64,000 nucleotides of DNA from Malacoraja senta. Taxonomy: Eukaryota. This document shows positions 62,473 to 64,000 of this stretch, one piece after another. The stretch is from assembly GCA_038087875.1 (NCBI GenBank), contig CM075989.1, positions 13,890,001 to 13,954,000 of the forward strand, written 5' to 3'. Numbering within the stretch: the first letter of the stretch is position 1; the number at the start of each line of letters is the position of its first letter. The position numbers and the translations under genes were made by a program. The notes below the pieces were generated by a model, which was not told the origin of the DNA, made no database searches, and saw only the letters and a program-made list of their open reading frames with translations.

Positions 62473-63991
62473 CTGCACACCAAAACTGATCAGTTTATAA
62501 ACACCCCAGATCTTCCAAAATGTCATAATCAGTACAATTATTCAAGCCCAAAGATCCAGGAAAATCTCTTACATCATTCATTATTCATGTCAATCTTTCC
62601 CGAGCACTTGCACTGCTCTGCAGTTAGCAACACCATTCATATAATAAACCTTCAAAGCTCATTCTATCCTGGTTTACCTGGACAATTTCTTGTATATTTA
62701 TCGTGTTTTTGCATTTAATGTGCTTGCAAAGCTGCAGCAAGAATTTCATTGTTGTGGTCCCAGTGCATGTGGCAATTAAACACTCTCAACTCTTGTATGC
62801 ATCTCAAAGTAAAAATTAGTTGTCTTGCAAAAGGAAACCAAGCGAGTGTGAAGAGCTTAATATTTTAATAGATAAATTATATCATTTCAACAAGTAACTA
62901 TGAGATGAATATTTAGTTAACAATGCGAAACCCAAAACCAGATTTAAAAGCTTTCTCCAAGAAAGATAATTAAAAAAAAACATTTTTCATCCTGTTTCAA
63001 GTACTAAGTTTTAAACAGCAAGGAAAAATGCTGACAACAGAACATTGCTAGTTGGATCAAGGACATCGGCTATGCAGGCAGCATTTTCTATTAATATCCA
63101 ATATCCATCACAAATCCACACACTCTCTCTGCTTAATGACCTACTTGCAGTTCTACTCTCTGTAAGAAACCACTCATTTTCCCCCAGTTTCTATGGCCTC
63201 TTCATAACTATGCAGAGATTACTCCTACAATCCCAGTCTTTCCACAATGTCTTTCTTTTCCTTTATAGCTTCCTGAGACCAGTTACACAATCCATACCCA
63301 CATAATTCCAAGTTTATTTTCTCCTTTCCTGCATTCTCCTTTCATCTTCTATTTATCTTTCTTGCAGATAGTTAGATATAATTAACAAAACTTCACCCTC
63401 AGCCAGCATCACTGCCATTTATCTCATTGAGAATCTCTTAAAGTCTGCACCTTGTCACCAACGTTTTCACCATAACCTCCCCTTTCGCTACAACTTTAAA
63501 CTTCTTAAATTTCAAACGTTTCCTATTTCTGATAAAAGGTCTTAGACCTGATAGAAGAGTGATTGAAGAAGAGCTCAACATCATGGCAGTCCCAATTTAA
63601 AACCATGTTTTAAACCTGAAATGTTAACTGCTTTCCCTGAGCAGATGCTGTCTGATCTGATGAGTCTTTCCAGCACTTTATAACAAAATGCTGGTCGGCT
63701 CAGTCTTTCCATTTACCACCAGATTTGTACTTGTGGAAGTATTCTTTTAATGCTTTTAATAAGAAAGATGAATAAATCAACACCCAACCTCAATTTACAT
63801 AAACAGAATAACACTTGAAATATTGTTTGTTGTTGTGATGGTGCTGGAGATCCAAGTTTGTTTACTACAACACTTAATGTTGGTACAGAAATGTACTTTG
63901 CAAATTAACTGGAAGGTGTACCATTTTCTGAAATCTTAATATAATTCAAACTTGGATGCAACAAATTCAAAATTTGCGTAAATTTATATAC

Positions 63992-64000
63992 CTGTGTGTT
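63992..64000 (-). CDS. SECISBP2L: Probable 3' end of the next upstream SECISBP2L exon (truncated by the window)
   Basis: AAC ACA CAG|GTATAT, phase 0 as required. ..NTQ resembles the human ..NNSQ exon end, but only 9 nt are visible. Confidence 0.45.

Overview
This is eukaryotic vertebrate genomic DNA. The repeat content (HE1-like V-SINEs, CR1/HER1-like LINE tails, a DeuSINE) points to a cartilaginous fish, probably a skate or ray. Two host genes lie head-to-tail on the minus strand. One is the 3' part of SECISBP2L: 11 coding exons at 62472..47964 that splice into one open 754-codon frame including the stop, one intron with a GC donor, a probable further exon end at the window edge, and a ~3.4 kb AT-rich 3'UTR. 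The other is the first coding exon and CpG-rich promoter of SHC4 (3989..3414). This order and orientation match human 15q21. The rest is intronic or intergenic and rich in transposons: a young CR1 with an uninterrupted ORF2, many CR1 fragments, a Penelope-like element split by a Rex1/Babar-like LINE, and many short Penelope-terminus copies whose consensus holds a minimal hammerhead core. There is also a non-autonomous Helitron with a duplicated 5' end, an internally deleted Gypsy-like LTR element with a 5-bp TSD, and an RTE-derived element. The most notable observations are an in-phase U_UUA_AAC slippery heptamer joining CR1 ORF1 to ORF2 in the -1 frame, and the TSD-flanked hammerhead-bearing mini-elements. 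Most ORFs in the supplied track are spurious. All family assignments come from motif recognition, not database searches.
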